From: an uncultured Acidobacteriota bacterium
GTDB taxonomy: Bacteria; Acidobacteriota; UBA6911
Assembly: GCA_963843575.1 (NCBI GenBank)
Contig: CAWJKZ010000017.1
Location: forward strand, 64,001 to 128,000
DNA: 64,000 nucleotides
Direction of reading: 5' to 3'
The translations under genes and the position numbers were made by a program. Each line of letters opens with the position of its first letter. Position 1 is the first letter of the stretch. The notes beneath the pieces are model-generated. The model worked only from the letters and a program-made list of their open reading frames with translations, was not told the origin of the DNA and made no database searches. Of this stretch, positions 9,902 through 21,305 are shown one piece after another.

Positions 9902-10987
9902 ATGAACAGGATCCTGTCCACGACGAACTGGCTCAACTACCTGCTGATTTTTGTGCCCGTCGCGATCGTGCTGGAATACGTGGTCCACCCCAGCGCCATC
10001 TGCATCTTCGCCGTGTCGGCGCTGGCCATCGTCCCTCTTGCCGGCATCATGGGGGACGCCACCGAACAGCTGGCCGGGAAGCTGGGCGAGGGACTCGGCG
10101 GTCTGCTCAATGCCACCTTCGGCAACGCGGCCGAACTTATCATCGCCGTCCTGGCCCTGCAGGCGGGGCTGCACGACCTGGTGAAAGCGTCGATCACCGG
10201 ATCGATCATCGGCAACGTCCTGCTGGTGTTCGGCCTGAGCGTGGTGGTCGGCGGCACGAAGTACAGCACCCAGAAGTTCAACAAGACCGCCGCCAGCGTG
10301 GGCACGACCATGCTCGTCCTCAGCGCCGTCAGCCTGGTCGTGCCGGCCATCTTCCACCTGATCGCACCCAGCGAGATCAGGGTCGAACGCGAGCTCAGCT
10401 TCGAAATCGCCGTGGTCCTGACCATCACCTACGCTCTGAGCCTGCTGTTCACCCTCAAGACCCACCGGTTTCTGTACGCCGGGGGACACGGCGGGCACGA
10501 GGGAACGGCGCCGCACCAACCCGCCTGGCACGCGACCCTCCGGCTGCTGGGCGCGACGGCCCTGGTCGCCCTGATGAGCGAGTTCCTGATCGGCGCGGTC
10601 GACGAGACCGCCCGCAGCCTGGGGATGAACGAAGTCTTCGTCGGCGTCATTCTCGTCGCGATCATCGGGAACGCCGCCGAGCACTCGACCGCTGTGATCG
10701 CGGCGATGAAGAACAAAATGGACCTGGCGGTTAATATCGCGGTGGGATCCTCGATCCAGATCGCGCTCTTCGTCGCGCCCTTGATCCTCTTCCTCAGCTA
10801 TCTCGTGGGCCCCGCCCCGATGGATCTGCACTTTACGACCTTCGAGGTGATGGCCGTGGTCCTGGCCGTCGCGATCATGGCCCTGATCTCTCAGGACGGC
10901 GAGTCCAACTGGATGGAAGGGGTCCAGCTGCTGGCGGTCTACACGATCCTCGGCATCGCCTTTTACTTCCTGCCGGCCGGCCATTGA
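9902..10987 (+). CDS. cax: Ca2+/H+ antiporter (CaCA family)
   Basis: [13 protein letters not shown] and IIGNAAEH alpha-repeats, [20 protein letters not shown]. Confidence 0.95.
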   Translation: MNRILSTTNWLNYLLIFVPVAIVLEYVVHPSAICIFAVSALAIVPLAGIMGDATEQLAGKLGEGLGGLLNATFGNAAELIIAVLALQAGLHDLVKASITGSIIGNVLLVFGLSVVVGGTKYSTQKFNKTAASVGTTMLVLSAVSLVVPAIFHLIAPSEIRVERELSFEIAVVLTITYALSLLFTLKTHRFLYAGGHGGHEGTAPHQPAWHATLRLLGATALVALMSEFLIGAVDETARSLGMNEVFVGVILVAIIGNAAEHSTAVIAAMKNKMDLAVNIAVGSSIQIALFVAPLILFLSYLVGPAPMDLHFTTFEVMAVVLAVAIMALISQDGESNWMEGVQLLAVYTILGIAFYFLPAGH

Positions 10988-11028
10988 TAGGTCGAGCTCC
11001 CCCGCACCCTACCAGCGCGCCCAAAAAA

Positions 11029-11404
11029 CAAGTGCGTTCGGGCTTCAGAGGCTGTCCAACGGTTGATCTGCCCGATCCAAACAAGATACAAGTGGGTTCG
11101 GGCTTCAGCCCGGAGGCAGTTTGCGGTCGCTGTAACGTGCGCCCGTCGCCACATGGATCAGATCAAAAGACGTCCGGGCTGAACAGGCTGTCCAACGGTT
11201 GACGTTCAATCCGGACGAACTGAAGTAATCTGGAGTGCGGCGCCTCGGCGCCGCTTTCACTCGTCCTACGGCAGGAATGCTCGGCGCCTCGGCGCCACGC
11301 CGAATTGCGAGATGCGACCCTGCGACCTCGGCCTTTGGTGGCGTCGAGCCAGTCGAGCCGCCGCACTTCACAATCAACCGTTGGACAGCCGCTTCAGCCC
11401 GGAC
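11029..11404. mobile_element. Nested REP/MITE composite
   Basis: REP-A left arm + TTCA, left TIR GAGGCTGTCCAACGGTTGA (11048-11066), an internal REPIN, a second left TIR (11184-11202), GGAGTGCGGC-type REPs, right TIR (11374-11392), then TTCA + REP-A right arm. Confidence 0.8.
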
Positions 11405-11513
11405 GCAGCTTGCGGTCGCAATTGCGGGGCGGGTGGAACTACATGGAGCGGTTTTAAAGACGGCTGCCCGGCCGGCTTGGTACATCCGGGGCGGCGTGGT
11501 ACTTTTTTCGTTT

Positions 11514-12928
11514 ATGCCCAACGAATCTCTGAACATCAATCTCCAGAGCGAGACTCTGAACGTCACGGGCGCGATCCTCGACCGCTACAACGTCCCGGGG
11601 CCGCGCTACACGAGTTATCCGACCGCGCCCGAGTGGCTCGACACGTTCGGGCCCGACGATTACGACGAGGTCGTCCGCGCCTCCAACGCCGCGCGCCCGG
11701 CTGCCCCCGTCTCCCTCTACATGCATCTCCCTTTCTGCGAGCGGCTGTGTCTCTTCTGCGGCTGCAACGTGGTCATCAACAGGAACCACGACGTGGCGCT
11801 CGACTACCTCGAGGCGCTCCGTTGGGAAATTGACCAGCTCGCCGGAAGACTGGACCGGGGGCGGCAGCGTCGTCCAGCTGCACTGGGGGGGCGGGACCCC
11901 GACCTATCTTGACGCCTCCCAGCTCGAGCAGCTCTTCCAGTACACGCGTGAGCGGTTCAACTTCGCGCCGGACGCCGAGATCGGGATAGAGGTCGACCCG
12001 CGCGCCACCCGGTCAGACCAGCTGCGCGTGCTGCGCCGCCTGGGTTTCAACCGGATCTCGATGGGCATCCAGGACTTCAACCCCGAGGTGCAGCGGACCG
12101 TACACCGGATCCAGCCCTACGAGATGACGCGCGCGCTTTACGACCTCTGCCGCGAGCTTAAGTTCGATTCGGTGAACGTCGACCTGATCTACGGGCTTCC
12201 GCACCAGACGCCGGAATCGTTCGTCGACTCGGTCGACAAGGTGATCCTGATGCGGCCGGACCGGGTCGCGATGTTCAGCTACGCGCACGTCCCGTGGCTG
12301 AAGAAGCAGCAGGGGTCGTTTGCGCGCCACATACCGCAGGGGATGGACAAGTTCAGGATCTTCCGCGCCGGCATCGAGCGGTTCACGGAGGCGGGCTACA
12401 CCTATATCGGGATGGATCATTTCGCGCTGCCGGACGACGAACTCTGTCTCGCCCAACGGAACCGCACCCTGCACCGGAACTTCCAGGGATACACGACCAA
12501 AGCCGGCGCCGACCTGTTCGGGGTCGGGGTCAGCTCCATCAGCGGCGTGGGCCGCGCATACGCCCAGAACCAGCGCGACCTGAAGCTGTATTACGGCGCA
12601 GTCGGGCAGAGGACGCTCCCGACCATGCGCGGCACACGGCTCGACGCGGACGACGCCCTCCGGCGGGAGGTGATCAGCCGCATCCTGTGCCACTGCGTGC
12701 TGCACAAAGTCGGAGATCGAGTCGCAGTTCGACGTCCGGTTCGACGAGTATTTCGGCGACGAGCTCGACCGCCTGCGCCGGCTCGAGGACGACGGCCTGG
12801 TCGTGCTGTCCGCCGACCAGGTCGCCGTGACCTCGCTCGGCCGCATCTTCATCCGGAACGTCGGGATGGTGTTCGACCGGTACCTGCAGAAGCCGAAGGA
12901 CCGGCCGGTCTTTTCCAAAACCCTGTGA
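11514..12928 (+). CDS. hemN: Oxygen-independent coproporphyrinogen III oxidase (frameshifts ~11860 and ~12710)
   Basis: GPRYTSYPTA, HLPFCERLCLFCGC (radical SAM), HWGGGTPT, IGMDHFALP, LHRNFQGY; C-terminus ...FSKTL*. Confidence 0.93.
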
Positions 12929-12939
12929 ACGGCCCCAAA

Positions 12940-13980
12940 ATGCCCCTCGCGGAGAATACCGGCGGCGGAGAGCGCCGCGGCGTGCTCCTCTTCAACCTGG
13001 GAGGCCCGGAAACGCTGGCGGACGTGCGGCCGTTCCTGTTCAACCTCTTTTCCGATCCCGACATCATCCGGATCCGGAACGCGACCGCGCGCAGGGCGCT
13101 CGCCTGGTTGATCGCGACCACCCGGCAGCGCAAGTCGCGCGACCTGTACCGGCAGATCGGCGGGGGTTCGCCGCTGCGGCGCATCACCGGGCAGCAGGCC
13201 GCCGCACTCGAGCAACGGCTCGCCTCGCGGGGGATGCAGGCCCGGGTCTATGTCGGGATGCGCTGCTGGAAACCGTCGATAGACGAAGCCGTGGACCGCA
13301 TCCGAAAGGACGGCATCACCCGGCTGGCGGCCCTCCCCCTCTTCCCGCAGTTTTCGTTCACCACGACGGGCTCGTGCTTCAACTACCTCCGGCCGCTGCT
13401 GGAAAAATCCGGGCTGGCGCGCCGGATCGCAGTCTCGTACGTGCAATCCTGGTTCGACAATCCGCTGTACCTCGAGTGCATGGCAGACCTGATCCTCGAG
13501 GCCCGCGCGAAGTTCACCAGCACCGACCCTGGCGCCGTCCACCTGCTCTACAGCGCGCATTCCATCCCGGCGCGCTACGTCGACGAAGGGGATCCCTACC
13601 TGGAACAGACACGCCGCACGGTGGAGCTGCTCGACGGACGGCTGGGCAATGCGTCACCTTCTACGCTTGCCTTCCAGAGCAAGGTCGGGCCGGTGAAGTG
13701 GCTCGAGCCGGCCACGAGCAAGGTGCTGCAGGAGATGGGGAAGAAGGGGATCGAGAGGGTCCTGGCCGTCCCCGTGAGCTTCGTTTCGGACCACATCGAA
13801 ACCCTGCAGGAGATCGACATCCTCTATCGCGACCTGGCCGCGGCCGCCGGGATCCGGGAGTTTTACAGGGCGGCCGCGCCGAATCTACACCCGAAATTCA
13901 TCGACGCCCTGGCCGAGGTCGCGGCCGGCGCGTTCGGGATCCCGGCGGTGGCCGGGGGTGGCCCCAACCCGCCCCGATAG
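12940..13980 (+). CDS. hemH: Ferrochelatase
   Basis: LLFNLGGPE, IGGGSPL, YSAHSIP, GDPY, FQSKVGPVKWLEP, FVSDHIETLQEID. Confidence 0.95.
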   Translation: MPLAENTGGGERRGVLLFNLGGPETLADVRPFLFNLFSDPDIIRIRNATARRALAWLIATTRQRKSRDLYRQIGGGSPLRRITGQQAAALEQRLASRGMQARVYVGMRCWKPSIDEAVDRIRKDGITRLAALPLFPQFSFTTTGSCFNYLRPLLEKSGLARRIAVSYVQSWFDNPLYLECMADLILEARAKFTSTDPGAVHLLYSAHSIPARYVDEGDPYLEQTRRTVELLDGRLGNASPSTLAFQSKVGPVKWLEPATSKVLQEMGKKGIERVLAVPVSFVSDHIETLQEIDILYRDLAAAAGIREFYRAAAPNLHPKFIDALAEVAAGAFGIPAVAGGGPNPPR

Positions 13981-14039
13981 GCTGCAGCCGAATGGGGTTC
14001 GGGGGCCGCGGGCGGCCCACTCTCCCACGGAGAGGCGGC

Positions 14040-14546
14040 TCAGGGGTTCCTGAGCTGCTCGATCTGGCCTCGCAGCTGGTCTCCCATCCTCGGGCTGAAG
14101 CCGATCTGGACGTGGCGGACAACTCCGTCTTTGTCGATCAGGACCTGCATGGGAATGGAGCCGCTGCGGTACTTCCGACCCACCTCCCCCTCCTCGTCGA
14201 GCAGCACCCGGGAGTGGAGGTTTTGCCTCTTGACGTAGCCCGCGACCAGATCGCGGGGCTCCTCGAGGTTGATGGCGAGCAGTGCCAGGTCGGAGGTGTA
14301 CTGGGATTGCAGTTTCTCGAGGAGCGGCATGCTCATGCGGCACGGACCGCACCACGTCGCCCAGAAGTCGAGGAGCACGACCTTGCCCTTGAACTGATCG
14401 AGGGAGACCTCGTTGCCGTTCAGGTCCGCGAGCTTGAATGCCGGCGCAGGTTGCCCCACCTCCAGTTCGCCGGTGGGTGCGGGCGCGGAGCAGCCCAGTT
14501 GCCACGCTACGAGCGCCAGGCAAGCGGCGATTACGATCTTCCTCAT
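14040..14546 (-). CDS. TlpA/ResA-like thiol-disulfide oxidoreductase lipoprotein
   Basis: Lipobox-like LGC and LLDFWATWCGPC. Confidence 0.92.
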   Translation of the reverse strand: MRKIVIAACLALVAWQLGCSAPAPTGELEVGQPAPAFKLADLNGNEVSLDQFKGKVVLLDFWATWCGPCRMSMPLLEKLQSQYTSDLALLAINLEEPRDLVAGYVKRQNLHSRVLLDEEGEVGRKYRSGSIPMQVLIDKDGVVRHVQIGFSPRMGDQLRGQIEQLRNP

Positions 14547-14658
14547 TCCGAAAACTCCTCGCGCCGGGGTTGGCCCTCACTCCCTTGATCAAAGGCCCAG
14601 TATACCAGCGCCGAGGGTATACTGAGGGATGTTGAGGCACTTTTCCAGGGAGATAGAC

Positions 14659-15054
14659 ATGCCAGAAGCCAAACACCAGTCCGTGACATCCGCTGCGCTT
14701 CCGAAACCCGCCGGCCCTTATTCCCCGGGCGTGATCTTCGAGAAGCTGATCTTCGTCTCCGGCCAGGGCGCGGTCGACCCGGCAACCGGGGAGCTGTCCG
14801 GCCCCGACGTCGAAAGCCAGACCGAGCAAGTCCTCAAGAACATTGCTGCGATCCTCGAGGCCGCCGGCAGCAGCCTGCAGCACGTGTTGCGTTGCGGCGT
14901 ATTCCTGACCGATATCGGTGAGTTCCCCCGGATGAACGCCGTCTACGGCCGCATGTTCGGGGAGAACCGGCCGGCGCGCACCACGGTCCAGGTCGCGGCG
15001 CTTCCGCGCACCGGTCTCAAGGTCGAGATCGACGCCGTCGCCTACATTCCCTGA
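14659..15054 (+). CDS. ridA: RidA/YjgF family enamine-imine deaminase
   Basis: PAGPYS, FVSGQ, MNAVY, RPARTTVQVAALP, KVEIDAVA. Confidence 0.92.
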   Translation: MPEAKHQSVTSAALPKPAGPYSPGVIFEKLIFVSGQGAVDPATGELSGPDVESQTEQVLKNIAAILEAAGSSLQHVLRCGVFLTDIGEFPRMNAVYGRMFGENRPARTTVQVAALPRTGLKVEIDAVAYIP

Positions 15055-15063
15055 GACCACTCC

Positions 15064-15525
15064 ATGATCCGGCAGTTCCGGTCTGAAGATGCCCAGGCTT
15101 GCAGCGAGCTCGTGCGCGCCACGGTCGAGCAGGACCCGTCCATGGGCCCGGAGCTGCGCCGTCACCTGCTGCGCCTGGAGTCGCCCCGGGCCATGTTGGA
15201 GAGGGCTCGCCAGTATTACCTGGCCGTCTTCGTGGACGGGTCCGCCGTGGTCGCGGTCGGCGGCGTCGAGATGAACGAGGTGCGGTTTCTGTGTGTCTCG
15301 CCGGGGTGGCAGCGCCGCGGCATCGGGCGAAAACTCCTCCGACACCTGGAAGAGTGGGTTCCCCCGGCGCTGTTCCCCGATGTTTTCGTTTACTCGGCCC
15401 CGTCCGCAACCCGGTTCTACGAGGCCCAGGGATATAGTCCCGCGGGCGAAGACGTGGTCGACGTCGACGGCCACCCGTTGCCGACCGTGTTCATGCGCAA
15501 GAACATTCGCGTGGGTCTGGGCTGA
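15064..15525 (+). CDS. GNAT family N-acetyltransferase
   Basis: Motif A VSPGWQRRGIGRKLL and ATRFYEAQGY. Confidence 0.88.
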   Translation: MIRQFRSEDAQACSELVRATVEQDPSMGPELRRHLLRLESPRAMLERARQYYLAVFVDGSAVVAVGGVEMNEVRFLCVSPGWQRRGIGRKLLRHLEEWVPPALFPDVFVYSAPSATRFYEAQGYSPAGEDVVDVDGHPLPTVFMRKNIRVGLG

Positions 15526-15687
15526 AGTGGGCCGCGTCGGCCCGCCGCGGCCCAGTTTGCGCGTCGCCTGACCCAAGTGGGTCCGGGCTTCAGCCCGGAC
15601 GTCTTTTGATCTGAGCTATATAGCGACCGCAAACTGCGCGCCCGGGCTGAAGCCCGGACGCGGCCGCGTCGAGCCGACGCGGCCCAC
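15511..15687. repeat. REP cluster: REP-A half, REP-B (15527-15553), short REPIN (15574-15659), inverted REP-B (15661-15687)
   Basis: Direct matches to the other REP copies; fills the whole gap between convergent genes. Confidence 0.85.
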
Positions 15688-16854
15688 TCAGAGTTCCGAG
15701 AGCGCTGTGCGGATCCGGTCCACCGCGCACCGGATGTTGTCCATGGAGGCTGCGAAGGAGAAGCGGAGGTATCCTTCGCCGCAGGCTCCGAACGCGGTTC
15801 CGGCCAGGCAGGCGACGCCCGCACGGTCCAGCAGGTATTCCGAGATTTCCTTGGAGGTTCCCCCGAACGAACGCACGTTCGGGAAAGCGTAAAAGGTGCC
15901 GTGCGGCAGGAGGCAGCGCACGCCCGGGATGGAGTTGAGCCCGTCGACGATCACCTGTCGCCTGCGCCGGTACTCTTCGATCATCGCGGGGATGGTCGCC
16001 TCCCGGGTTTGCATGGCCGCCAGTCCGGCCTTCTGGGTGAATCCCGGGGTGCAGGAGACGGAGTTGACCAGCAGGCGGTTGATGTGGGGCGCAAGTGCGC
16101 GCGGCATCAGCCCGAACCCGAGCCGCCAGCCCGTCATGCTGTAGGTCTTGGAGAACCCGTCCAAAACTATCGTCCTCTCCGGCATCCCCTCGAGGCTGGC
16201 GATCGAGTGTTGGCTCCCCTCGAAGATGAAGTGGCTGTAGATCTCGTCCGAGAGCACCCAGGCGTCCCCACGGCGGACGACCCCGGCGAGCCCCTGGATG
16301 CTCGCGCGCGTCTCCACTCCCCCGGTCGGGTTGTTGGGCGAGTTGACGATAATCAGGCGGGAGCGGCTGGAAAGGCGGCTGGCGAGGTAGTCCAGGTCGT
16401 AGCGGAAGTCGTTTTCCTCCAGCAACGGGTAAGGGACGGGCGTGCCGCCAGCGAACCGGATCATCGACTCGTAAATCGGGAAACCAGGGTCGGGGTAGAG
16501 GACCTCGTCCCCCTGCTGCACCAGCGCGAGGATGGTGTAAAAGATGATCGGCTTGCCCCCGGGGGTGACGATCACCTGGTCCGGGGAGATCTGCAGCCCT
16601 CGGCGCGCACCCTCGACCTCCGCGATGCGGGTGCGCAGCTCGAGCAGGCCGGCCGAATTCGTGTACTTGGTCAGGCCGCCCCGCAAACCGGCGACGCCGG
16701 CCTCGATGGCGGAATCCGGCGAGGCGAAATCGGGCTCTCCGATCTCGAGGTGGACGATCTGCTTCCCCTGCGCCTCCAGGGCCTGGGCCCTGGCGAAGAC
16801 TTCGAAAGCGGTTTCGGTCCCCAGCCGGCTCATCCTGTCTGAAAGCCTCATCAT
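15688..16854 (-). CDS. Class I/II PLP-dependent aminotransferase (AspAT-like)
   Basis: IGEPDF, NSPNNPTG, LSDEIY, GFSKTYSMTGWRLG. Confidence 0.95.
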   Translation of the reverse strand: MMRLSDRMSRLGTETAFEVFARAQALEAQGKQIVHLEIGEPDFASPDSAIEAGVAGLRGGLTKYTNSAGLLELRTRIAEVEGARRGLQISPDQVIVTPGGKPIIFYTILALVQQGDEVLYPDPGFPIYESMIRFAGGTPVPYPLLEENDFRYDLDYLASRLSSRSRLIIVNSPNNPTGGVETRASIQGLAGVVRRGDAWVLSDEIYSHFIFEGSQHSIASLEGMPERTIVLDGFSKTYSMTGWRLGFGLMPRALAPHINRLLVNSVSCTPGFTQKAGLAAMQTREATIPAMIEEYRRRRQVIVDGLNSIPGVRCLLPHGTFYAFPNVRSFGGTSKEISEYLLDRAGVACLAGTAFGACGEGYLRFSFAASMDNIRCAVDRIRTALSEL

Positions 16855-16913
16855 CGACCTCGCACGAAAAACAATAATCCTAAGGCCGAACCCGTCGCCA
16901 GTCCAGAGCCGAA

Positions 16914-16940
16914 GTGGGCCGCGTCGGCCCGACGCGGCCC
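16914..16940 (+). repeat. REP-B palindrome
   Basis: gtgggccgcgtcggcccgacgcggccc just past the lhr stop codon. Confidence 0.75.
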
Positions 16941-16944
16941 ATGC

Positions 16945-19900
16945 TCACCTGCTGGTTCTATCTGGAATCCTGCCGTCGAACGGCGGCGGGGCGGGGCCGG
17001 CCCCGTCCGACCCCGTCCGCACCGGACGGCAGTCCAGGAGCCGGTCGAGCACGGGACGCTCGCTGTCCTCGACGCTCGCCAGGATGCGGGTGCCGCCGGC
17101 CTCGATGGCGGCCACGGGCACCCCGTCGCGATAGATCACGCGGTTGCCCAAGACAGCAGGCACGCGTGCGCCGGGAGTGAGGATCCCGGCCAGGTTGAGC
17201 GGGTCGCACGCGGACACGCGCGTGAACTGCCCGGACGGTTCTCTTCGGCGGACCAGGCGCAGCGCATCGACCGCTTCCGGCAGCGCGAACTGCTCGCCGG
17301 TGAATCCGGCCACGAACCGCCCCCCGCGGATCTCGCCGCGCGCCTCGCAGCGGCGCAGCGCCGGGGCCAGGTCGCGCCAGGGGGGTGCGCCCGGCTCGCG
17401 TACCAGCAGTTCCCGGCAGAGCACTCCGTAGCGCCGCAGGAGCTGGCGCGCCTTGATCTCCACGGCGTTGTCGGGAAACGGTCCGCCGAGGTCCAGCAAC
17501 GACCAGCGCCCCTCGCGCACGCGCCGAGGCTGCCGCCGCCGCCGGGGCGAGCGTTCGGACCGGCGGGACTCCCCGGAGACGAGCGCGCGCAACGCCGCGA
17601 AGGCGTCGGCCGTCACAAACCCTGCGGCCACGAGCTGCCACAGCGCTTCCTCCACCTCCGCCGGCAGATGGCGTGTCCCGGAGACAATTTCGGGGAAAAA
17701 GAGGGCGCCCCTGCGGCGTAGCAAGCTCCAGGGTGGCGCGGGCCGGCACCGACAGCGCGGCTTCGTCCGGCGGCTCCTGGTCGAGCAAACCGCGGACGTC
17801 CTCCCTCACGGCCAGTCCCAAAGGCGCCGTGCGGGTCAAGCCCGGACGGCGCGCCGGCACCTCCGCCTGCGTGGCCCGGTGCGTCCACCGGCCCCACAGC
17901 ACCTCGCCGGCGAGGCAGAGCGCATCGAGGAACGCGGGCTCGTAGTCGGCGATTCGGGGGGGCAGGATTTCGGCCTCCCACGCCCCCGCGGCCGCCTCGA
18001 AGCCCTGCAGCTGCTCCACGACCTCGAGCACCCCGGCATCCCCGTCCAGCCTCGATTCGGGGGCGACGTGCTGCCACTCGAACAGGAAGCGCAGAAACGT
18101 CGCCGCGCTGACCGGTTCGATCTCGCGGCGCAGGTGGGCGATAGTGGCGCGGTGGATGCGCGCGAGGATGCGGCGGTCGCAGAACTCCTCCGCGCCGGCG
18201 CACCCGGTGAAGGAACCCCGCAGCACCAGCCCCTCGCCCTCGAGCTGCGCCAGCGCGGCCTCGATGTCGGCTCCCGCCGATCCGAGGATGCCGGCATACT
18301 CGGCCGCCGTGCGTGGTCCGCTCACCTCCACCCAGCCCCGCACGACCCGTACGACCGCTTCGGGGCCCGCGGCCGCGAGAAACTCGCAGGCGGTGTCACG
18401 CTCTTCTGCGGGGCACCAGTAGGTTCGCCCGCCGTTCCCGGCGCGGAAGGCCCGCCCCTCCTGCTCGAGCGATTGGAACCAGGCGGGCGCGTCTTCGGGG
18501 AGGCGCGCGATCAAGCTTTCGGGGAAGACGACCAGGCCAAGCAGCATGTCGTGCAGCTCCTCGCGGTCGCGCACCTCCGGCCAGGCGTCCTCGGCGGCGC
18601 TGCGGATCGCCTCCGGGTCGAGGCGCCCAAGCTCGTCCGCCTGCTCCGGGAGGGCGCGCCTGAGGATCACGGCGCGGGCGCGGCGCTCCTCGAGCGGGGC
18701 GTTGTCGAGGAACCCATAGGGCATGACGTTCAGGATCTGGTGCGAGAAAGCCGAGGGCATCGGGGTGTCCCTGGCGCGGAACTCGATGAGCCCGCGCTCG
18801 AGCCCCTCGAGCACCGCCCTGAGGCCGTCGACGTCGAGCGCCTCCCTGAGGCAGTCGCGGAGCGCCTCGAAGACGAGCGGGTGGTCCGGGACCTCGATGT
18901 CTTCCGCAGCCCTGTTGTCCTGGCACTGGGTCTGGGCGGGAAAAACGGCGGCCAGGAGGTCGTCGGCACGCATCCGCTGCAGCGGCGCCGGGACACGCTT
19001 CCCCCCGGTGAACCGAAGCAGGGCGAGAGAGCGCGTCAGGGTCCAGCGCCAGCGCGTCGTAAAGAGCGGCGAGGCGAGCACGGCCTGGACAAGCGCCTCC
19101 TCGACCTTGTGAGACTTGAGGGAGCCGAAGAGGTCCTCCATGGGGAACGAGTGCTGCGGGCCGAGCGAGAGGTTGAGGCCGTCGTCGTTGGCCGAGGCCT
19201 GCAGTTCGAAATCGAAACTGCGGCAGAAGCGCTTGCGCAACGCGAGCCCCCATGCACGCGTGATGCGCGACCCGAACGGGGCGTGCAGGACCAGCTGCAT
19301 CCCGCCGCTCTCGTCGAAGAAGCGTTCGGCAACGACCCGTTCGGCCAGCGGCACGGAACCGAGGACCCGTTTCCCTTCGGCGATGTAGGCCGCCGCCTGC
19401 TCCGCGGCCGCAGCCGACAACCCAACGGTGCCGGTCAGCCACTCCCGGAGGGCCTCCGGGCTGCCGAGCCGCTCGTCGATGCCGGCCCGGACCTCCGAAA
19501 CGGCTGCCGAAAGCTCGCGGGTGCGCGACGGCGCCTCGCCCAACCAGAACGGAATGGAGGGAGCCTGGCCGCGCGCGTCCTCGACCCGCACCCTTCCCTT
19601 TTCGATCCGCCGGATGCGCCACGACGTGTTCCCGAGCAGGAAGACGTCGCCGGCCATGCTCTCGGTGGCGAAGTCCTCGTTCACGCTGCCGACGCGGATG
19701 CCGTCGGGATCCGACACGACTTCGAAGTCCGCGTTGTCCGGTATGGCGCCGCCGCTGGTCAGCGCCGCCAGCCGCGCGGAGCGCCTCGCGCGCAGGACCC
19801 CGTTGATGCGGTCGTGGTGCAGGAAGGCCGAACGATGGCCGAGACGGGGTGCAACGCCCTCCGACAGCATGTCGACCACGGCGTCGAAGCGGCTGCGCGG

Positions 19901-21235
19901 CAGCTCGCGGTACGGGTAGGCCTGCCGGACCAGGTTGAAGAGCTCGTCGGTCCTCCACTCCCCGACGCTGCACGCCGCGACGATCTGCTGCGAAAGTACG
20001 TCGAGGGGCCACGGCGGGATGCTCAGGCGGTCGAGTTCGCCGCGGCGAACGGCCCACAGGAGGGCGGCGCATTCTATCAGCTCGTCGCGTGTGAGGGGAA
20101 ACAGGCGTCCTTTCGGCGTGCCGCCGAGCCAGTGCCCGGACCGTCCCACCCGCTGCAGCAGCACCCCGATCGAGCGTGGCGAGCCGATCTGGCAAACCAG
20201 TTCCACTGCACCCACGTCGATGCCAAGCTCGAGCGAGGCGGTCGCGACGCACACCTTCACCTCGGCGCGCTTGAGTCGCTCTTCCGCCTGGAGCCGCGTC
20301 TGTCGCGCGAGACTGCCGTGGTGGGCGACCACCGCATCCTCGCCGAGCTTCTCCGAGAGGATGTGCGAGACCCGCTCCACCAGACGCCGAGTGTTGACAA
20401 AAACGAGCGTGGTTCTGTGCCGGTCGGCCAGCCGGGCGAGTTGCTCCACCGTTTCGTCCCAGAGATCCAGGGTGACGACAGGGCCGAGCTCGTTTCCCGG
20501 GATCTCGACTTGCAGGTCGAGCTCGCGCCGGCTTCCGGTGTCAACCACGGAGCAGCGGGGCGAGCCGTCGGCATCGAGGTGGGCGCCGCCGACCAGGAAA
20601 CGGGCCACCTCGTCGATAGGCCGTTGCGTCGCGCTCAGTCCAATGCGCGTGACCGCGCGCCCGGAGAGGGCGCACAGGCGCTCGACCGAAAGCGCCAGGT
20701 GCGACCCGCGCTTGTTGCCGGCCACGGCGTGGATTTCGTCCAGGATGACGGTGTGGACGCCCGCCAGCCCGCGCCGGCCCGCGGCCGACGTCAGGAGGAT
20801 GTACAGCGACTCCGGGGTAGTGATCCAGATGTGCGGCGGCCGCTTCGCCATCGCCTGCCGCTCGTAGGCCGGGGTGTCGCCCGTGCGCACCGCAATCCGG
20901 ATTTCCGGAGGGATGAAGCCCTTTTCCGACGCGAGCTGCGAGATCTCCCGCAGCGGGACCGAGAGGTTGCGGTGCACGTCGTTCGACAGCGCCTTGAGCG
21001 GCGAGACGTACACGACCTGTGCCCCCTCGGCGAGCTCGCCGCGGAAACCCGCGCGCAGCAACCGATCGAGGCAGATCAGGAAGGCGGCGAGCGTTTTCCC
21101 CGAACCGGTCGGGGCACAGATCAGGGTGTGGCGACCTGCAGCGATTGCGGGCCACCCTTCGGACTGGGCCGCCGTCGGCCCGGCAAACCTCCGCTCGAAC
21201 CACTCCTGCACGAGGGGATGAAACAACGGCCGCAT
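16945..21235 (-). CDS. lhr: Lhr-family DEAH helicase, long form with C-terminal winged-helix/HTH_42-like region (frameshift ~17720)
   Basis: APTGSGKT, DEIH, GLSAT, ATASLELGIDVG, QRVGRSGH; C-terminal LLRRYGV...EARGEIRGGRFVAGFTGEQFALPEA. Confidence 0.93.
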
Positions 21236-21305
21236 CCGTTAACTATACCCGCCGGCCCCCGGGAACCCAATCGCGTGTTTTCTTGTTAAGTGGGTCCGGG
21301 CTGAA

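Noticed and set aside
11029-11404. Repeat cluster as a possible CRISPR array
   Set aside because: The units are inverted palindromes with conserved rather than unique spacers, the spacing is irregular, and there are no cas genes.
11830-13980. Apparent 716-aa HemN-HemH fusion ORF
   Set aside because: A frameshift at ~12710 moves HemN out of frame. HemN's own C-terminus (FSKTL*) ends at 12928 and HemH starts at 12940.
16945-21235. Lhr helicase as part of a defence system
   Set aside because: It is the ordinary long-form Lhr flanked by metabolic genes, with no methylase, nuclease or other defence partners.
3063-21289. Very long antisense ORFs (3063..5099 +, 7176..9899 -, 17453..21289 +, and similar elsewhere)
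   Set aside because: They mirror well-supported genes on the opposite strand, lack motifs, and are expected from high GC3 codon bias.
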